Source of the DNA: Leucoraja erinacea
Lineage: Eukaryota
Reading direction: 5' to 3'
NCBI RefSeq assembly: GCF_028641065.1
Contig: NC_073392.1
Location: forward strand, 10,912,001-10,976,000
Length of the DNA: 64,000 nucleotides
A program made the translations under genes and the position numbers. The notes beneath the pieces were generated by a model. That model did not search any database. It was not told the DNA's origin and saw only the letters and a program-made list of their open reading frames with translations. Each line of letters opens with the position of its first letter. Position 1 is the first letter of the stretch. Positions 24,401 to 37,854 of this stretch are shown here, in pieces.

Positions 24401-25632
24401 TCTCCTTTCCTCTCCTCTCATCCCCTCCCCCCTCCTCCCCCTCTCCTCTCCTCTCTCCCTCTCTCCTCTCTCCTCCCCTCCTCTCCTCTCCTCTCCCCCC
24501 TCTCTCCTCTCCTCCTCCCTCTCCCTCCCTCTCCTCTCCCTCCCCTCTCCCTCCTCTTCTCCTCTCCCTCTCCTCCCTCCCTCCTTCCTCTCTCCCCCTC
24601 TCTCCCCCTCCTCTCCTCCTCGCCTCCTCGCCTCCTCTTCCCTCCCTCCTCCCCTTTCCTCTCCTCCCCCTCTCTCTCCTCCTCCCTCCTCTCCTCTCCT
24701 CTCCTCTCCCTCCCCTCTCCTCTAAGGCCCTCCTCTCCTCCTCTCTCTCTCCCTTCCCCTCTCCCCTCTCCCCCCTCTCCTCTCTCTCTCCTCTCCTATC
24801 CTCCTCCCCCCTCCTCCCCTCCTTCTACCTCTCCTCCCCCTCTTTATTCCCTCCTCCCTCTCTCCCCCTCTAGTCTCCTCCCCTCTCCTCTCCTCCCCTC
24901 TTCCCCTCCTCACCTCCTCTCCCCCTCCTCTCCTCGCCTCTCTCCCTCCTCTCCCTGCTCCTCTCCTCTCCAACTCCTAGTAACCCTCCTACCCCTCTCC
25001 CCCCTCACTCCCCTCTCTCCCCCTCCTCCCCCTCGTCTCCCCCCTCGCTCCTCTCCTCCCCCTCATCCTATCTCTCTTCTCCCTCTCCCTCCCCCTCTCC
25101 CCCTCTCCTCTCCTCTCCTCCTCTCCCCTCACCCCTCCCCCTTTCCTCAACACCCCCCTCACCCCTCCCCTCTCCTCCTCTTCTCCTCTCCCTCTCCCCC
25201 GCCCCCCTCCCCTCCTCGCCCCCTCCCCTCTCTCTACCCCTCCCTCTCTCTCTCGCACCCCCTCCCTCTCCTCCCCTCTCCTCCTCTCTCCTATCCCACT
25301 CCTTCCCCCTCCTCCTCTCCCTCCTCTCCACTCTCTCTCCCTCCTCACCTCCTCTCCCTCTCCTCCCTCTCCCCTCCCTCTCCTCTCCTCTCCTCTCCTC
25401 CCTGCCCTCCCCCCTCCTCTCCCCTCTCTCCCCCACCCTCTCCTCCTCCCCTCTCTCTCTCCTCTCCTCTCGCTCCTCCTCCTCTCTCCCCCCCTCCTCT
25501 CCCCTCTCCCTCCTCTCCTCTCTCCTCCTCCCCCTCTCTCTCCTCTCCCTCTCCTCCTCTCTCTCCCCTCTCCTCTCTCTCTCCCTCTCCTCCCTCTCTC
25601 TCTTCTTCTCCCCCCTCTCCTCCCTCTCTCGA
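18500..25632. repeat. ~7 kb aperiodic polypyrimidine (C/T) low-complexity tract containing three assembly gaps
   Basis: Almost only C and T on the + strand; N runs at 21992-22199, 22731-22970 and 23994-24207; no stable repeat unit. Confidence 0.95.
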
Positions 25633-25790
25633 CAACAGCGTCGCTGCCGATCAGCGGCGGGAGCGCACAGCGCATGCGCGCCGCCTCCGGCCCGCCGCCG
25701 CTGACGTCACCTACAATTACGTCACACTCCGGACTGAGCGCCCATTGGCTGCACCCTGGGCAAGGGGAGCGCTACCTTAGTGCCCAGTTC
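25633..25790 (-). promoter_or_regulatory. CpG-island promoter, probably minus-strand oriented
   Basis: CpG-dense; GCGCATGCGC (NRF1) 25670-25679; CCCGCC 25691-25696; TGACGTCA 25702-25709; TTACGTCA 25717-25724; AGCCAATGG on the minus strand (ATTGG 25744-25748). Confidence 0.75.
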
Positions 25791-26439
25791 AAGCAGGCAA
25801 GAGTCAAGAGTGAGTTCACCAGATTTTAATTTTATTATTTATTTCGAACAGAATAAAAGAATAAAAAGCAAATGTGAAACAGCATACAAAAAACAAAACT
25901 AAAATATTTATAAAGTGTCATAAACAATATCTATAAATAAATGAAATCATATGTGTCCGAAAAGGAGCAGGAAGAAACCAAAGCTTATTAATTCCCACCC
26001 CTTATTCAACTGCTTGTAATTATCTTATACAAATTTAGCAGCTATATGTACACCAGCCACTATATGGACACCAAATTAATTACATTTGAACACTAATCAA
26101 ATATTTACAAAGCCATACAAAAAAATCAAAAAAGAAAAAGAAAAGAAAAAAAATGCATATACTATACAGTATCTTAGTCATATTTACACCCATCACTCTA
26201 TAATCACCCTTCCCAATTCAATCATAAGAGGTTGGAGCAGAATTAGGTTATTCGGCACCATTTGGCAACTTTGGGCCTTCCTTCACTGTGGGAAACTTTG
26301 ATTCTGCTGTGCAAGGGATGTTTATGTTAAAATACGATCATGTTTTGTTCTGTTTTTATTCGTATGGCTGTATGGTGACCCCAAATTTCACTGTACCAAT
26401 TGGTGCATGTGACAATAAATGTCTCTTGAATCTTGAATC

Positions 26440-26825
26440 AAGTCTACGCCACCATTCAATCATGGCTGATCTATCTCTCCCTCCTCACCCCATTCTCCTG
26501 CCTTCTCCCCATAACCCCTGACACCTGTATGAATCAAGAATCTACCTATCATTACCTTAAAAATATACACTGACGGCCTCCACAGCCTTCTGTGGCAAAT
26601 AATTCCACAGATTCACCACCCACTGACTAAATAAATTCCTCTTCATCTCCTTCCTAAAAGAACGTCCTTTAATTCTGAGGCTATGACCTCTAGTCCTAGA
26701 CTCTCCCACTGGTGGAAACATCCTCTCCACATCCACTCTTCAAGCCTTTCACTATTCTGTACATTTCAATGAGGACACCACTCATTCTTCTAAACTCTAG
26801 TGAGTACAGGCCCAGTGCTGTCAAA
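26440..26825 (-). mobile_element. CR1 3' fragment
   Basis: Antisense CR1 3' end (ccattcaatcatggctgatc...ttccacagattcaccacc...ctgaggctatgacctctagtcc). Confidence 0.8.
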
Positions 26826-27404
26826 TGCTAAGAACGTACAAACTCCATACAGACAGCACCTGTAGCCAGAATCGAACCCGTAAGGCACTACCGCTGCGCC
26901 ACTGTTTCACCCAATCCACTTTGCAGTTGCCTATAAATTTACCACAGAACGGGCTCATCTTGAAACATCAGCTCTTTTTTTGCTTTGTACAAATTCTGTC
27001 TGTTTGACAGAGCATTTTCAGCACAATATATTTCAGTGTCATGTTCAGCATATATCCAATACCCTCAGTAACTTATGGTTCATAGGTCTCATTTCACTGC
27101 TCTTTTGCGACTGGGGGAATGAATCAAACTACGAAAGGCAAGAATCTGTTTACTCAGGCAATTCAATGTCATCATTCTCCAGTTTAACAAAGCAGAAATA
27201 AATAAGGTGGTGTGTTAAGATGGTAAAAATATGAGACAATAGGAGGGATTTGGGAATGTGTAACAATGGCAAAGAAATACACCATAAAAGAGTACGGTTT
27301 AGTTTAGTTTATTGTTGCATGTATCGAGATAGAGTGAAAAGCTTAGTTAGCATGCTAACCAGTCAGTGGCCAATCAAGCCATTCACAGAGTATAGATACA
27401 TGAT

Positions 27405-29264
27405 ATAACCATATAACAATTACAGCACGGAAACAGGCCATCTCGACCCTTCTAGTCCGTGCCGAACACGTATTCTCCCCTAGTCCCATATACCTGCGCT
27501 CAGACCATAACCCTCCATTCCTTCCCCGTCCATATAACTATCCAATTTATTTTTAAATGATAAAAACAAACCTGCCTTCACCACCTTCACTGGAAGCTCA
27601 TTCCACACAGCCACCACTCTCTGAGTAAAGTTCCCCCTCATGTTACCGCTAAACTTCTCCCTTAATTCTCAAGTCATGTCCCCTTGTTTGAATCTGCCCT
27701 ACTCTCAGTGGGAAAAGCTTATCCACGTCAACTCTGTCTATCCCTCTCATCATTTTAAAGATCTCTATCAAGTCCCCCCTTAACCTTCTGCGCTCCAAAG
27801 AATAAAGCCCTAACTTGTTCAACCTATCTCTGTAACTTAGTTGCTGAAACCCAGGCAACATTCTAGTAAATCTCCTCTGTACTCTCTCTATTTTGTTGAC
27901 GTCCTTCCTATAATTTGGCGACCAAAATTGTACACCATACTCCAGAATTGGCCTCACCAATGCCTTGTACAATTTTAACATTACATCCCAACTTCTATAC
28001 TCAATGTTCTGATTTATAAAGGCCAGCACACCAAAAGCTTTCTTTACCACCCTATCTACATGAGATTCCACTTTCAGGGAACTGTGCACAGTTATTCCCA
28101 TATCCCTCTGTTCACCTGCATTCTTCAATTCCCTACCATTTACCATGTACTGCCTATTTTGATTTGTCCTGCCAAGATGTAGCACCTCACACTTATCAGC
28201 ATTAAACTCCATCTGCCATCTTTCAGCCCACTCTTCCAACTGTCATAAATCTCTCTGTAGACTTTGAAAATCTATTTCATTATCCACAACCCCACCTATC
28301 TTAGTATCATCTGCATACTTACTAATCCAATTTACCACACCATCATCCAGATTATTGATGTACATGACAAACAACAGTGGACCCAACACAGATCCCTGTG
28401 GCAGCCCACTAGTCACTGGCCTCCAACCTGACAAACAACCATCCACCATTATTCTCTGGCATCTCCCATTCAGCCACTGTTGAATCCATCTTGCTACTCC
28501 ATTATTAATACCCAACAATTGAAACTTCTTAACCAACCTTCCGTGAGGAACCTTGTCAAAGGCCTTACTGAAGTCCATATATACAACATCCATATATACA
28601 ACATACTGCTTTACCCTCATCAATTTCCCGAGTAACCTCGTCATAAAATTCAAGAAGATTAGTCAAACATGACCTTCCAGGCACAAATCCATGTTGACTG
28701 CTCCTAATCAGACCCTGTTTATCCAGATGCTTATATATATTATCTCTAAGTATCTTTTACATTAATTTTCCCACCACTGACGTCAAACTATCAGGTCTAT
28801 AATTGCTAGGTTTACTCTTAGACCCCTTTTTAAACAATGGAACAACATGCGCAGTACGCCAATCTTCCGGCACTATTCCCGTTTCTAATGACATTTGAAA
28901 TATTTCTGTCATAGCCCCTGCTATTTCTACACTAACTTCCCTCAATGTCCTAGGAAATATCCTGTCCAGACCTGGAGACTTATCCACTTTTATATTTCTC
29001 AAAAGTGTTAGTACTTCCTCTTCTTTGAATCTCATAGTTTCCATAGCTACTCTACTTGTTTCCCTTACCTTACATAATTCAATATCCTTCTCCTTGGTGA
29101 ATACCGAAGAAAATAAATTGTTCAACATCTCCCCCATCTCTTTTGGCTCTGCAGATAGCTGTCCACTGACTCTCTAATGGACCAATTTTATCACTCGTTA
29201 TCATTTTGCTATTAATATAGCTGTAGAAACCCTTTGGATTTACTAGAAACCCTTTGGATTTACT
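27405..29264 (-). mobile_element. 5'-truncated CR1 LINE (second subfamily)
   Basis: ORFs 28757-29137, 28243-28653 and 27649-28239: DKSPGLD, YMDFSKAFDKVPH, SGLPQGSVLGPLLF, KYADDTK, LVRPILEYGVQFWSP; a few frameshifts. Confidence 0.95.
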
Positions 29265-29985
29265 AGATAAAGGGATAGATCTCTTTGTGAGGTCCGGCTT
29301 TATCCTTCACTGCTTCAAGGATACGGATTGCACTAGCTAGATCATTTAATCTACGGCATGCTCTCAGGGCTGCATCTATAATGTTGGGTTCACTGTTCTA
29401 CAACAGGGAGCTCCTTTTGTTCCTTCACACCTCTATACTATCTACCTCACTGGAGACCCTCAGATTATCTTTAATCTAAATGGATTTTATCTTGCATTAA
29501 ACGTTATTCCCTTTATCAACAGTGGGTGCAAACGTGACCTTAGCTGCAGCCCCTTGTACCATAATCACTGATGCAAGACAGCAGCCGTTCCTGCTATCAA
29601 TGGATCTCCAGTTAGTTATAGTCTCCTGAACCACTATTCCATGATGCATTGAAGCACCTTTGACATCTACACTCCCAATGGATAACACTGAATATATTTT
29701 CCTACACTGGAACTGTATTTTACTAACCTGCATCTAGTCTTCTCTCAAATCCATGGGATGCTGGATCCATGCCCTATACCTGATCAGATAGCAAATTCAA
29801 GCAAAGTTAGAAACAAAATAGAATAGTGAATAGAAATCAGACATCTAGTTTAGTTTAGCCTATCTTGTCCATGCCGGCCAAAATGCCCTTTAATTTCCCT
29901 GCATTTAGCCCATATCATTCCAAACCCTTCCTACCCATGTACCTGCCCACATGACGATTGAATGTTGTTATCGTACTTGCCTCAA

Positions 29986-32058
29986 CATAGAAACATAGAA
30001 ATTAGGTGCAGGAGTAGGCCATTCGGCCCTTCGAGCCTGCACCGCCATTCAATATGATCATGGCTGATCATCCAACTCAGTATCCCGTACCTGCCTTCTC
30101 TCCATACCCCCTGATCCCCTTAGCCACAAGGGCCACACCTAACTCCCTCTTAAATATAGCCAATGAACTGGCCTCAACTACCCTCTGTGGCAGAGAGTTC
30201 CAGAGATTCACCACTCTCTGTGTGAAAAAAGTTCTTCTCATCTCGGTTTTAAAGGATTTTCCCCTTATCCTTAAGCTGTGACCCTTTGTCCTGGACTTCC
30301 CCAACATCGGGAACAATCTTCCTGCATCTAGCCTGTCCAACCCCTTAAGAATTTTGTAAGTTTCTATAAGATCCCCTCTCAATCTCCTAAATTCTAGAGA
30401 GTATAAACCAAGTCTATCCAATCTTTCTTCATAAGACAGTCCTGACATCCCAGGAATCAGTCTGGTGAACCGTCTCTGCACTCCCTCTATGGCAATAATG
30501 TCCTTCCTCAGATTTAGAGACCAAAACTGTACGCAATACTCCAGGTGTGGTCTCACCAAGACCCTGTACAACTGCAGTAGAACCTCCCTGCTCCTATACT
30601 CAAATCCTTTTGCAATGAAAGCTAACATAACCATTCGCTTTCTTTACTGCCTGCTGCACCTGCATGCCTACCTTCAATGACTGGTGTACCATGACACCCA
30701 GGTCTCGTTGCATCTCCCCCTTTCCCAATCGGCCACCATTTAGATAATAGTCTGCTTTCCCGTTTTTGCCACCAAAATGGATAACCTCACATTTATCCAC
30801 ATTATACTGCATCTGCCAAACATTTGCCCACTCACCCAGCCTATCCAAGTCACCTTGCAGTGTCCTAGCATCCTCCTCACAGCTAACACTGCCCCCCAGC
30901 TTAGTGTCATCCGCAAACTTGGAGATATTGCCTTCAATTCCCTCATCCAGATCATTAATATATATTGTAAATAGCTGGGGTCCCAGTACTGAGCCTTGGG
31001 GTACCCCACTAGTCACTGCCTGCCATTGTGAAAAGGACCCGTTTACCCCTACTCTTTGCTTCCTGTTTGCCAGCCAGTTCTTTATCCACATCAATACTGA
31101 ACCCCCAATGCCTTGTGCTTTAAGTTTGTATACTAATCTCTTATGTGGGACCTTGTCGAAAGCCTTCTGGAAGTCCAGATACACCACATCCACTGGTTCT
31201 CCCCTATCCACGCTACTAGTTACATCCTCGATAAATTCTATAAGATTCGTCAGACATGATTTACCTTTCGTAAATCCATGCTGACTTTGTCCAATGATTT
31301 CACCACTTTCCAAATGTGCTGCTATCCCATCTTTAATAACTGACTCTAGCAGTTTCCCCACTACCGATGTTAGACTAACTGGTCTGTAATTCCCCATTTT
31401 CTCTCTCCCTCCCTTCTTAAAAAGTGGGGTTACGTTTGCTACCCGCCAATCTTCAGGAACTACTCCAGAATCTAAAGAGTTTTGAAAGATTATTACTAAT
31501 GCATCCACTATTTCTGGAGCTACTTCCTTAAGTACTCTGGGATGCAGCCTATCTGGCCCTGGGGATTTATCGGCCTTTAATCCATTCAATTTACCCAACA
31601 CCACTTCCCGGCTAACCTGGATTTCACTCAATTCCTCCAACTCCTTTGACCCGCGGTCCCCTGCTATTTCCGGCAAATTATTTATGTCTTCCTTAGTGAA
31701 GACGGTACCAAAGTAGTTATTCAATTGGTCCGCCATATCTTTGTTCCCCATGATCAACTCACCTGTTTCTGACTGCAAGGGACCTACATTTGTTTTAACT
31801 AATCTCTTTCTTTTCACATATCTATAAAAACTTTTGCAGTCAGTTTTTATGTTCCCTGCCAGTTTTCTTTCATAATCTATTTTTCCTTTCCTAATTAAGC
31901 CCTTTGTCCTCCTCTGCAGGTCTTTGAATTTCTCCCAGTCCTCCGGTATGCTGCTTTTTCTGGCTAATTTGTACGCATCATCCTTCGCTTTGATACTATC
32001 CCTGATTTCCCTTGTTATCCATGGATGTACTAACTTCCCTGATTTATTCTTTTGCCAA
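29986..32058 (-). mobile_element. Young 5'-truncated CR1 LINE with nearly intact RT region
   Basis: 405-aa ORF 30600-31817 (NYRPVSLTS, SQHGF, YLDFQKAFDKVPH, GVPQGSVLGP, FADDTK) plus 30077-30634 after one frameshift; (TTTCTATG)n tail seen as catagaaacatagaaa. Confidence 0.96.
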
Positions 32059-33467
32059 CAACTTCCTCATTCCATATATCCACTACCCTAAAATGATAAA
32101 ATTACCTAAGTATTTAATGTGACCAAAAGGGCAAAAAGGTGACAACCATGCAGAATGAACAGAAGAAATAATTTTTGGCTCAGGACAAAGTTGCAAAGGT
32201 CAATATGGTTTATAAAGCCATTTTATTACTATGAATATCACTACTGGCACCTTTTATTGCAAGATTTCTTCACATAGCTGACAGCTTCAGCAGCAGTATT
32301 TATAATTAAGTATCTTGAATGTTCATTAACACTCACAGAGCAACTTAAACTGTTGATTCTTTCAGAATCTTTATTAGCATTTAGCAAAGATAAATTCTGT
32401 TAAACACGGGGCACACAATTAGTTTCTAAAACCAGTCAATTAGGCATTATTATGGAAATTAGTTAGCTTTGCATTGTGATGTGAATAATATCATTTAATC
32501 TAATTTTCTTAAGTATAAAAGCATTGTATGTCACATAAGAAGCAAGTATATGGCATTTGATCATGGGTGGGCCAATCTGGGTTAGTTACATGCCCATTTC
32601 TCCATCCTCGTCTGTTACCCCCAGGACCTTGGATGAATCACCAGTCCGTCAACAATTCCTATTAATTAGGAAAGAAGGGTGTGAAGAAGGGTCCCAACCC
32701 AAAATATCACCTATCCTCCAGAGATGCTCTGTGGCTGATTACTCTGGCATTTTGTGTCTTACCTTGGTAAACCAGCATCAATATATCCAATGAAGCAAAA
32801 CTAATCTTTCATGTATATAATATATATCTTTAATTCATTAAAATATCTTTAAACCATTTGTACCATAATCCTTTTGCCACTGATGCTCTTTTCCTGAATA
32901 TTGCTTCAGGAAGAACATTTTATTTTAACCATTGAAATCAGTTATTGAACCTTAAAACATGGACACTTACTATTTGCAACTCCACATAGCTCCATACTCA
33001 ACTACTGCGATCTCCTTTTCAGCCTCGCTTCCATCACTGTCCATAATTTTTACCTCTGCTTATCCTATGGCCAAAGATAGACACAAAATGCTGGAGTAAC
33101 TTAGCGGGACGGGCAGTATCTCTGGAGAAAACCTTTTGAGAATCTAAGTGTATTTCCCCTTGTAGGGCACCATAAATATATTTTTAAAAATCCAAAAGCA
33201 TTTCATGGACTGGTTCTCATTGTCCATCTTGTTGATTACAATCTCAATAAACTTTAATCTGTAATACCGAATTATGTTTTTAATTTAGATACATTTAGTA
33301 AAAATTATAATTTTCCTTACTACTGACAACAATTGCACTGTTTATAAGTTTCTCTTTCTCTCATTTTTTTTTGGGTTGCCTGGTTCCAGTTCCTAAGATT
33401 CGTTCCAAATCGCGCGGGGAATTTGGGAAGATAAAACTAACACATTCAATATTTCTACACACAATCC

Positions 33468-34230
33468 TCAGATTCAGATTCAAACTTTATTGTCATTGTG
33501 CAGTGTAGAGTACAGAGACAACAAAATGCAGTTAACATCTCCCTAGAAGAGCGACATAGAATATGAGCAATAAATAAATATATTTACGATACAGTCCTAG
33601 TAGTGCAATTATTTTTTTCCTGGTGGAAGGAGTGTCCGGGGGGGGGGGGGTTATTGGCAATCACCGAGGTACAGTGTTGAGTAATGTAACAGCCGCAGGG
33701 AAGAAGCTGTTCCTGGACCTCCTGGTCCGGCAACGGAGAGACCTGTAGCGCCTCCCGGATGGTAGGAGGGTAAACAGTCTATGGTTGGGGTGAGAGCAGT
33801 CCATGACGGTGCTGAGCGCCCTTCGCAGACATCGCTTGCTTTGGACAGACTCAATGGAGGGGAGTGAGGAACCGGTGATGCGTTGGCCAATTTTCACCAC
33901 CCTCTGCAGTGCTTTCCAGTCGGAGACAGAGCAGTTGCCATACCATACTGTGATACAGTTGGTAAGGATGCTCTCGATGGTGCAGCGGTAGAAGTTCACC
34001 AGAATCTGAGGAGACAGATGGACCGTCTTGTCAGGAAGAAGAGACGCTGGTGAGCCTTCTTGACCAGAGTTGAGGTATTGTGGGTCCAAGAGAGGTCATC
34101 GGAGATGTTGGCCCCCAGAAACCTGAAGCTGGAAACACGTTCCACCTCCGTCCCGTTAATGTGGATGGGTGTGTGCGTGCCTAGACTTTCTGAAGTCTAC
34201 AATGAGCTCCTTGGTCTTCTTGGAGTTAAG
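33468..34230 (-). mobile_element. Rex1/Babar-type LINE 3' fragment
   Basis: ORF 33661-34089: NFYRCTIESILTNCITVWYGN...LLPSGRRYRS...NSFFP; tail seen as cagattcagattcaaactttattgtc. Confidence 0.88.
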
Positions 34231-35809
34231 GGCTCAGACGTAGTACACTAGGTCCTGGAGATGCCACTGATTTGTTCAGTATTCTCTTTGCCAGTCTAGG
34301 CTTCTTTATGTTCCTCTTTCTCACTAAAACTATGGTACACTGTTAACTGAATGTATTTTATATCCTTTACCATGAAGACAGGGTGAAGTGTCATTTCTTT
34401 GTATAGATACCAAATGCTGGAGTAACTTAGCGGGTCAGGCAGCATCTCTGGAGAAAAGGAATATGTAACATTTTGGGTTGAGACTCTTCTTCAGACCTTC
34501 CTGGCATTTCCTTATCCTCCCTTATAATTTTTCCTTTCACTGCTAGTGGCAAGCCCATATTTATTTACAGTCCTCTCTTCTAACACAGCTACAGAAATGC
34601 GTACAATTTTTTTTATGTCTGTAAACCAGTTTATTCTTGTATTCCATTTCTCACTTTTATAAAATTTTGTTTTTCTGAGTTCTAAAATCCTCTCTATCTG
34701 AACAGCTCTTTATAACAACATAATAAACTTGTTTATTTGTCGTGTCTGATCTTATCTTTAATGTCCTCAGATTTCTGGTTATGAGCCTTTTTCCATGGGT
34801 GTTTTATTCTTGACATAGTGTATATTTATTGCAAACTAATGGTTTATTATGAATTATTTCTTTATCGACAAGCTCCTCAAAAAAAATTAAAAACATAAGG
34901 GGTGTATATTCCTGTACATAGATTATAAAAAACATGTATGTGTAGAGCAAATCCTATTAGATGGCCTCTATGTGCTTTCAACATGAGTAAGAATCCATAT
35001 TTATAATACATTTTCACAGTGGGTCCTTAGCAGCTAATGAAAAGGATGAGTGAATTATACTCTAGAGAATGTTTAACATCACCACATAATGAAACACTAC
35101 ATCTAGATGGAGTTAACTCCTTCCTGTCTTTGCAAATCATCACATGTTGACATGTCATGCAATATTGCTGATACGGGAATAGATGAAATAGTAAATGGAT
35201 ATTTATTTTGTGCTTCTAAAGGTTTGAGGACAGATCACCGAGGAAACATAACTATCCAGAATTGTCTTCGCCAAATCATGCCTGTTTTAATTATCCCAAA
35301 AGTTGAAATTGGTGAGATGTATAACCAACATTTTATTTTCCATTTAAATGTGGGCAAATTAAGTTCAGAAATGTAAGGCTTATTACTATTGATTCCAAAA
35401 TAAACCAAATGAAATAATAATTTTCAATAGTTTACTATCTGGCACTATATTTGCTTTGCATAAATGAAAACCACCTTCACTGTCAATAAGCATATTCCTA
35501 ATACCTACTAGGGATAATTAATTATCCATAAATATAAAAAAGGTTTTGCTATTAATAAGATTAACCCGATCATATCAAGCTACGCACAAAAGTATAGTAG
35601 ATCCCAATTAAATTCCATAGCTGAAGAGAAAGCTTTCCTCGGGAGCAAATGTTTCCATTTTGACTGTATATTGCAAAAGTTATCATAATGCAAAACTTAA
35701 CAACAGTATATTGCACAAGAAGCAGCTCATTGAGACGGTAGATGGGATCAATAAAAGTCACGGAAAGCCTTAAAAGCCAGCATAGAAAATAACAAGACAA
35801 AGTGGGAAC

Positions 35810-36030
35810 ATATCTTAAAGTTAATTAATCTGTGGAACTCATTGCCACAAAGGGCTGTGGGGGTCAAGTTAGTGGATAGTTTTAAGGCACAGATAGACAA
35901 ATTCTTGATTAGAAAGGGTGTCAAGGGTTATTGGGAGAAGGCAGAATGGGATTAGGAGGCAGGGATCAGCCATAATTGAATGGCAGAGTAGAGTCGATGG
36001 GCCAAATGGCCTAATTCTTCACCTATAATT
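35810..36030 (+). mobile_element. CR1 3'-end fragment
   Basis: aatctgtggaactcattgccac...ggtgtcaagggttattgggagaaggcag...gggccaaatggcctaattc. Confidence 0.75.
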
Positions 36031-36342
36031 TGTGAACATGAGTAGTTTTTGATATCATGATTTAATTTCCTGAGTAATTATATCGATTTTTTCTTGGGTG
36101 CAAACAGGAAAGTGTGTCCAGAATGCACCTTGCTTCATGGAAAATCAGTGCAGGTTCTGGATTAATTCTTTCATGGATTGGCACAAGATAACAAAGGAGA
36201 GGAATAGGATTTTTAGGAACTGATTACATGAATATTCTCGGTCTCACTTTGCAATTGGCTTCAGTTCACTTTGATCTGGTGTCTACATTAAATCTGTGCC
36301 AAGCAACCATCTGAAACCATGCAGGTATATTAAAAAATAAAC

Positions 36343-36558
36343 AGGAACTGCAGACGTTGCTTTATACCAATGATAGACACAATATGCTGGAGTGACTCAG
36401 CGGGTCAGGCAGCATCTCTGGAAAATAGAGTTAGGTGATGTTTCGGGTCAGGACCCTCCTTCAGACACTTCTCCCGACCCAAAACGTTACCTATCCATGG
36501 TCTCCAGAGATGTTGCCTGACACTCTGAGCTACTTCAACCTTTTTTTTAATCTATCTT
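36343..36558. mobile_element. Inverted pair of Penelope-derived short elements
   Basis: gctggagtgactcagcgggtcaggcagcatctctgg (left) is mirrored by ccagagatgttgcctgacactctgagctacttc (right); hammerhead-like motif at the centre. Confidence 0.7.
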
Positions 36559-37054
36559 AGGTGCATTCAGTATTTTACTGAATTTGACCTAATTTTAACT
36601 GAATTTTCAGTAACTGCAACAACAGCAGGAAAGGGAGTGAAGACCTGGATCAACTCCAATTTACAGATGTTCATTTCATATAAACATGATTCCTTTTGGA
36701 GTTTGTGCACGCAAGAGTCAGTGAATAATATCACAAATTATATAATATATTGATTAAATTATATTAAAATTTAATTCTAATACTATTATAATATATATCA
36801 GAAGGGGCAGTTGGCAGGAAATGGACATTTCTAATGGGAAGATATACCCAATTTTCTGTGTAAGACAGTTCCAAATAAATACACGTTTGGACTAGCATTC
36901 CAACATAAATTGTGAACATGGCTCATTATTAAAACATTGCATAATCTATAGTTCTTTTAGTTAACAACTAGTTTATGTTAATACAATTTGGGGAGACATG
37001 CAGAACTCGCAGTACTGCTTTATTACGGCTTCAGTGTGCTGCATTGCCTTTGGG

Positions 37055-37135
37055 AGTCTGAAGAAGGGTTTCGGTCCGAAACGTTGCCTATTTCCTTCGC
37101 TCCATAGATGCTGCTGCACCTGCTGAGTTTCTCTG
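37055..37135 (+). mobile_element. Penelope-derived short element with hammerhead-like core
   Basis: CTGAAGA-A-GGGT TTCG GTCC-GAAAC-GTT at 37058-37085. Confidence 0.65.
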
Positions 37136-37854
37136 AGTGGCCTCAAATGTTAGCTGGGTGAAATTCGCACAATCTCCCTGTGACTACCTGGGCATCCTCT
37201 GGATGCTCTGGATTCCTCTCACATCTCAAGGATGTGATACTAGGTTAATTGGCTACTTAAATGACCAACTGTGAAGGTAAATCGCAAAGATAGACACAAA
37301 GTGCTGGGGTAACAAACGGGTCAGGCAGCATCTCAGGAGAAAAAGGATGGGTGATGTTTTGGGTTGGGACCCTTCTTCAAAATGTAAGTAAAGGAGAGGG
37401 AACTGGAGTTAAGAAAAGGCTAGAACAAAGCAGGGCGGGAACAGATGACCAAGGAAGGGTGGAGGCCATAATGGCCCATTGTTGGCTGGGGAAGAGGTGA
37501 TATCAGAAGATGTGAACAGTTGTTCTAAAAATTAAACTCTGATTTACAAAAAAACCCTCACCCCACTGCTTGTATCCTTGGCCAAGATTTAAAACTATGG
37601 TAAACACATGACCGTCATGCACAATGTCAATATTTTGTTACTCCCAATCACAGTGTCTGCATTGGTGCACTTTACCCTCAAAACTGTATCTCCCCTCCAC
37701 TCAATTTTAAATGCAAAAAAACGATATAGCTAAAGGTTTTAATTTAAGAGGTGCAGATTAGTACTTTGAGGTAGAAATAGTCCTCTTTGATAGTCTTTCA
37801 GCCCATGACCGTTCGTCCAGCTCCCATGAACATTCATTGGCTCTCAAAGAGCCA

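Noticed and set aside
18464-25675. Very long Pro/Ser/Leu-rich and Gly/Arg/Glu-rich ORFs (up to 1499 aa)
   Set aside because: Stop codons are simply rare in a C/T-only tract; the ORFs run through N gaps and are open in all frames.
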